Source of the DNA: a virus
Taxonomy: Duplodnaviria; Heunggongvirae; Uroviricota; Caudoviricetes
IMG/VR virus record: IMGVR_UViG_3300032304_000977
Coordinates: 1-64,000 of that record
Strand: one strand, 5' to 3'
DNA: 64,000 bases
Below, in pieces: positions 61,077 through 64,000 of this stretch (position 1 is the stretch's first letter; each line of letters opens with the position of its first letter). The translations under genes and the position numbers were made by a program. The notes beneath the pieces are model-generated. The model saw only the letters and a program-made list of their open reading frames with translations. It was not told the origin of the DNA and made no database searches.

Positions 61077-64000
61077 TTATGCTTGTGCTTCAGTCCAACC
61101 AACACGGCAAGCAATATCTTGTGCAGTACCAGTGATGTTTTGGGCGATAATATGAATAGTATCTGGACCATCTGGGTAAATTGCAGCGTTACCAGCAGTA
61201 CCACCACCACCGAGAATAGAGTTACCAAGATCACGAATCAACGACAAGTCTTGCGCTGTAGTTGTGTAACCAGAACCAGATCCTGGGTTGGTATAGAAAC
61301 CACCAATAACTTCACCACCAGAAATTGTTGTGCCTGTTGCATAGATAATATACTGAGCAAGAGAAGAACCACCCTGAGATACCCATGTACCAGCAGTTGA
61401 TGGGGTTCCGTTCAACACAAATGTAATCAAGAAACGACCATTAGATAGAACACCAGTTTGACGAAGAACCATTTGCATACGATTCACAAGATCACGCGAA
61501 CCAATCGCAGAAGCTGCAGATCCGTTAGAGACGAATGGAGCAATACGAACAGCCATCAATGCGTTTGTTGCGCCGATAGCAATATTGATTGTTGATGGCA
61601 TACCACGCAAGAACACAAACGATTTATCGTCATCGAAACGACCATCCATAATCACCGATGTGCCCCAGTGATTGATTGTTGATGCAACTAGTGGAGAATG
61701 CAACTGAACAGCTGTTGGTAAAGTTGCTGAGTAGTTAAACGTCTGAGCAGTTTGACCCATCGGAGCGTATACTAATGTAGTTGTCGCTGAAGATTGAGCA
61801 GCACGACTTAAAGTAATGCTCGAGTTAGCAACAAAACTTACAACATATGTTCCTTGTGGGAAAATACCAAGAGATGGCGCAACCACAAATTGACCAATCT
61901 GAACACCTGATGTTGACGCTACAGTTACTGTGTTAGAACCAGTTGTATGTGTAGAGCTGATAGAACCACCACCCTGACCACGTGTTACACCAGCAAAAGT
62001 AGTTGCTGTTTTGCTTGTGTAGTTTACATATTCAGTTTGAGTATTGTTACGAATCATCAACGTACCTGTTGATGGGAATTCGGATGTTGATAACACGTTA
62101 ATTGTTGTATCAGAAGAGCCAATAGTTGCTGTAGTGATTGTGTTTTTGCTAAATGTATTTGTCTCATAACGAGCTGGCAAGTTACCAGATCTCATATATG
62201 CTTCAACATTAAGGTTATTATTCATCATTCTGTGACAGTAAGTAATATTGCCATCAGCTGTACGGAATCCCCAACGAATAAATCCTGCACCGTACCATGA
62301 GTAATCCATGTAATACATTTGCATCTTAGAAGAATCTAAGACGAATCCAGATGGACCTGTTCCATCACAACGATCGATATTCCAAGCTGACTGAGCAATT
62401 CTTGTATCAACAGTTTTGCTCATAATACCTTTAGTAAGGTTAGCCGAGCCACGATATGCTGGATAGATTGTCAAAGATGTATCAGAGTTTACTGTAAGAA
62501 CTTTATATGACGAACCACGGATAACAACGAAATCATTTGGTCTTAGTTGGTTCGAGAAATAAGTTGTCACACCATTAACAGTTAAACCAGTAACAGTGTT
62601 ATCATTAGCGCTGACAGAAATAAAACCACCGATTTGATATGTCGAGCTACGACGAACAACATATGTTCCTTGACCATCGTGTTCAAAGAAAATACCATTC
62701 TGTGAATCAAACAAACCAGTGCGGTTTGCGCCACCATACCAGCTGTCGATTGTTATTTGAGGTGTTCCAGATGCAGCAGTTACACCTGGTGATCCGCTCG
62801 CCACATACTCAAAACGATAACGATTAACAACACGTGTTACAGTATATGTTCCGTTGAATGCTGATTCAGTTGCGCCAGAAACTTTAATCGCAACTCCTGG
62901 CTGTAAATTATGCTGAAATTTTGTATATGCAGTAATTGTAGAACCAGAAGCAGTTAATGCGTCAATAAGAACTTGTGTTTTTAATGTTGTTCCTGTTGAA
63001 ACTTGAACACCCTTACCAGATTGGTAACGGAAATAACGACGAGTCTGACGAATCATTTGATGATTGTGAGATGGTGTGTTTGTTGAGAATGTCACACCAC
63101 CATCAAATGCGCGATGGTTTGATGTTCCTGGAGGACGAACATAAATTGTATTAGCTGAACCAGTTGGAGCACCTGCGTTAGCTGTTACGTCTGTATAATA
63201 AGTGAATACAGTTGGAGATAAAACAGAAGCGACAAAATGATTACCATACTGAGAGTCGGTTGCACCACCTGTTTTGCTATTAACAAGCATAAGTTCGTTA
63301 CCAATTTCAAGACCATGAGGTAATGATGTTGTAACTTGTTGTAGCTGACCAGATGGAGCAGCATAAGTTGGTGTGCCACCTAAACCAGCGCCTGTGTAGA
63401 ACTGAGCATCATAAATTGTTGTTGGAATATTTGCATCATTGATGTCTGTTGATGGCGTATCGCCAGTAACCCATGCTTCTGACGCTTTGTATGTGAAAGA
63501 AGTACCACCTGGAACAGTTTCAATTAAAAATAATCCGTTAGCAGGTGCCCACTGAGAATCTTGAATGAAGATACCTTGACCAACTGCGAAACCAGTAGAA
63601 GAAGCAACAGTAACAGTAACTAGACGAGAGCCGTTGGACACTGTCAAGTTGGTGATAGTTGTGGCAGACGCTTGCGAACGACCGAAGTTAGGACGATCGA
63701 GGTTGATAAAACATGATGGACGATTATTAACCAACGATAATTGTTCCCACTTAGTTGGCTGTAAGCCATATTCAAAGTCAGTATCAATTAAAGACTGTGG
63801 TGTAGAAACACGGAATTTTCCTACTGGATCGGTTAATGTTTCACCTGGAGTGAACTTGCTTTCGTATTCGTCAACGATAACTTGTAGTTTATCGTTTGCG
63901 CCCATTGAAGTTGTATTATACTGCAATACAATTGTTGTGATTGCATCAGAAGCATAACCCAACGCAGAACCACCAGATGCATGTGTATATGATGTTGCGG
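61077..64000 (-). CDS. giant Gly/Ser/Thr-rich virion structural protein, paralog B (5' partial; continues beyond window)
   Basis: The track start is a TTG read as M. The reading frame stays open to the window edge, and the upstream residues (ATSYTHASGGSALGYASD...) align with residues ~50-70 of paralog A. The true start is therefore outside the window. Confidence 0.6.
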   Translation of the reverse strand, partial: ATSYTHASGGSALGYASDAITTIVLQYNTTSMGANDKLQVIVDEYESKFTPGETLTDPVGKFRVSTPQSLIDTDFEYGLQPTKWEQLSLVNNRPSCFINLDRPNFGRSQASATTITNLTVSNGSRLVTVTVASSTGFAVGQGIFIQDSQWAPANGLFLIETVPGGTSFTYKASEAWVTGDTPSTDINDANIPTTIYDAQFYTGAGLGGTPTYAAPSGQLQQVTTSLPHGLEIGNELMLVNSKTGGATDSQYGNHFVASVLSPTVFTYYTDVTANAGAPTGSANTIYVRPPGTSNHRAFDGGVTFSTNTPSHNHQMIRQTRRYFRYQSGKGVQVSTGTTLKTQVLIDALTASGSTITAYTKFQHNLQPGVAIKVSGATESAFNGTYTVTRVVNRYRFEYVASGSPGVTAASGTPQITIDSWYGGANRTGLFDSQNGIFFEHDGQGTYVVRRSSTYQIGGFISVSANDNTVTGLTVNGVTTYFSNQLRPNDFVVIRGSSYKVLTVNSDTSLTIYPAYRGSANLTKGIMSKTVDTRIAQSAWNIDRCDGTGPSGFVLDSSKMQMYYMDYSWYGAGFIRWGFRTADGNITYCHRMMNNNLNVEAYMRSGNLPARYETNTFSKNTITTATIGSSDTTINVLSTSEFPSTGTLMIRNNTQTEYVNYTSKTATTFAGVTRGQGGGSISSTHTTGSNTVTVASTSGVQIGQFVVAPSLGIFPQGTYVVSFVANSSITLSRAAQSSATTTLVYAPMGQTAQTFNYSATLPTAVQLHSPLVASTINHWGTSVIMDGRFDDDKSFVFLRGMPSTINIAIGATNALMAVRIAPFVSNGSAASAIGSRDLVNRMQMVLRQTGVLSNGRFLITFVLNGTPSTAGTWVSQGGSSLAQYIIYATGTTISGGEVIGGFYTNPGSGSGYTTTAQDLSLIRDLGNSILGGGGTAGNAAIYPDGPDTIHIIAQNITGTAQDIACRVGWTEAQA

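Noticed and set aside
1-64000. tRNA or rRNA genes
   Set aside because: I looked for T-loop-like GGTTCGAAT/GTTCAAAT motifs and cloverleaf-sized ORF-free gaps, and found none. The only sizeable non-coding gaps (13508-13745, 29063-29400) do not show tRNA features. A tRNAscan run is still advisable.
1-64000. CRISPR arrays, integrase/att sites, transposase
   Set aside because: There are no regularly spaced direct repeats and no integrase or transposase-like ORF. The only mobile-element-like gene is the GIY-YIG nuclease.

Overview
The window looks like about 64 kb of a T4-type myovirus genome. It is AT-rich by eye (roughly 35-40% GC), and every credible gene is on the minus strand. Content and synteny resemble marine T4-like phages (cyanomyovirus-like order gp23-gp3-uvsY-uvsW-gp55-gp47-gp46, plus hsp20 and a cobS-like gene). 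I cannot assign the phage to a host group from sequence alone. Three regions can be told apart. Region 1 (about 0-18 kb) is a replication/recombination module: ligase-family enzyme, gp41 helicase, UvsX, gp43 DNA polymerase, DexA-like exonuclease, Hsp20, RegA, gp62/gp44 clamp loader and gp45 clamp. Region 2 (about 18-36 kb) is an accessory early region of small genes. It is punctuated by at least 14 near-perfect TTGACA-N17-TATAAT promoters, a conserved ACCCTAC-N5-GTAGGGT hairpin family and a 24-bp palindrome. It encodes an SPFH lipoprotein, a CobS/MoxR-type AAA ATPase with a CobT-like vWA protein, a second AAA ATPase in a GC-elevated patch flanked by poly-C tracts, a paralogous zinc-ribbon family, a dual-specificity phosphatase, a GIY-YIG nuclease and two 2OG-Fe(II) oxygenase-like genes. 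Region 3 (about 36-64 kb) holds gp46/gp47, a PRTase-like gene, gp55, UvsW, UvsY, gp3, then a late structural block (gp23, gp22, gp21, gp20, gp19, gp18, gp17, gp15, gp14, gp13) and two giant paralogous Gly/Ser/Thr-rich structural proteins. Candidate late promoters of the NATAAATA type sit upstream of gp3, gp22, gp19 and the first giant gene. No rRNA, tRNA or CRISPR array was recognised. All functional calls come from motif and architecture recognition by eye, not from database searches.
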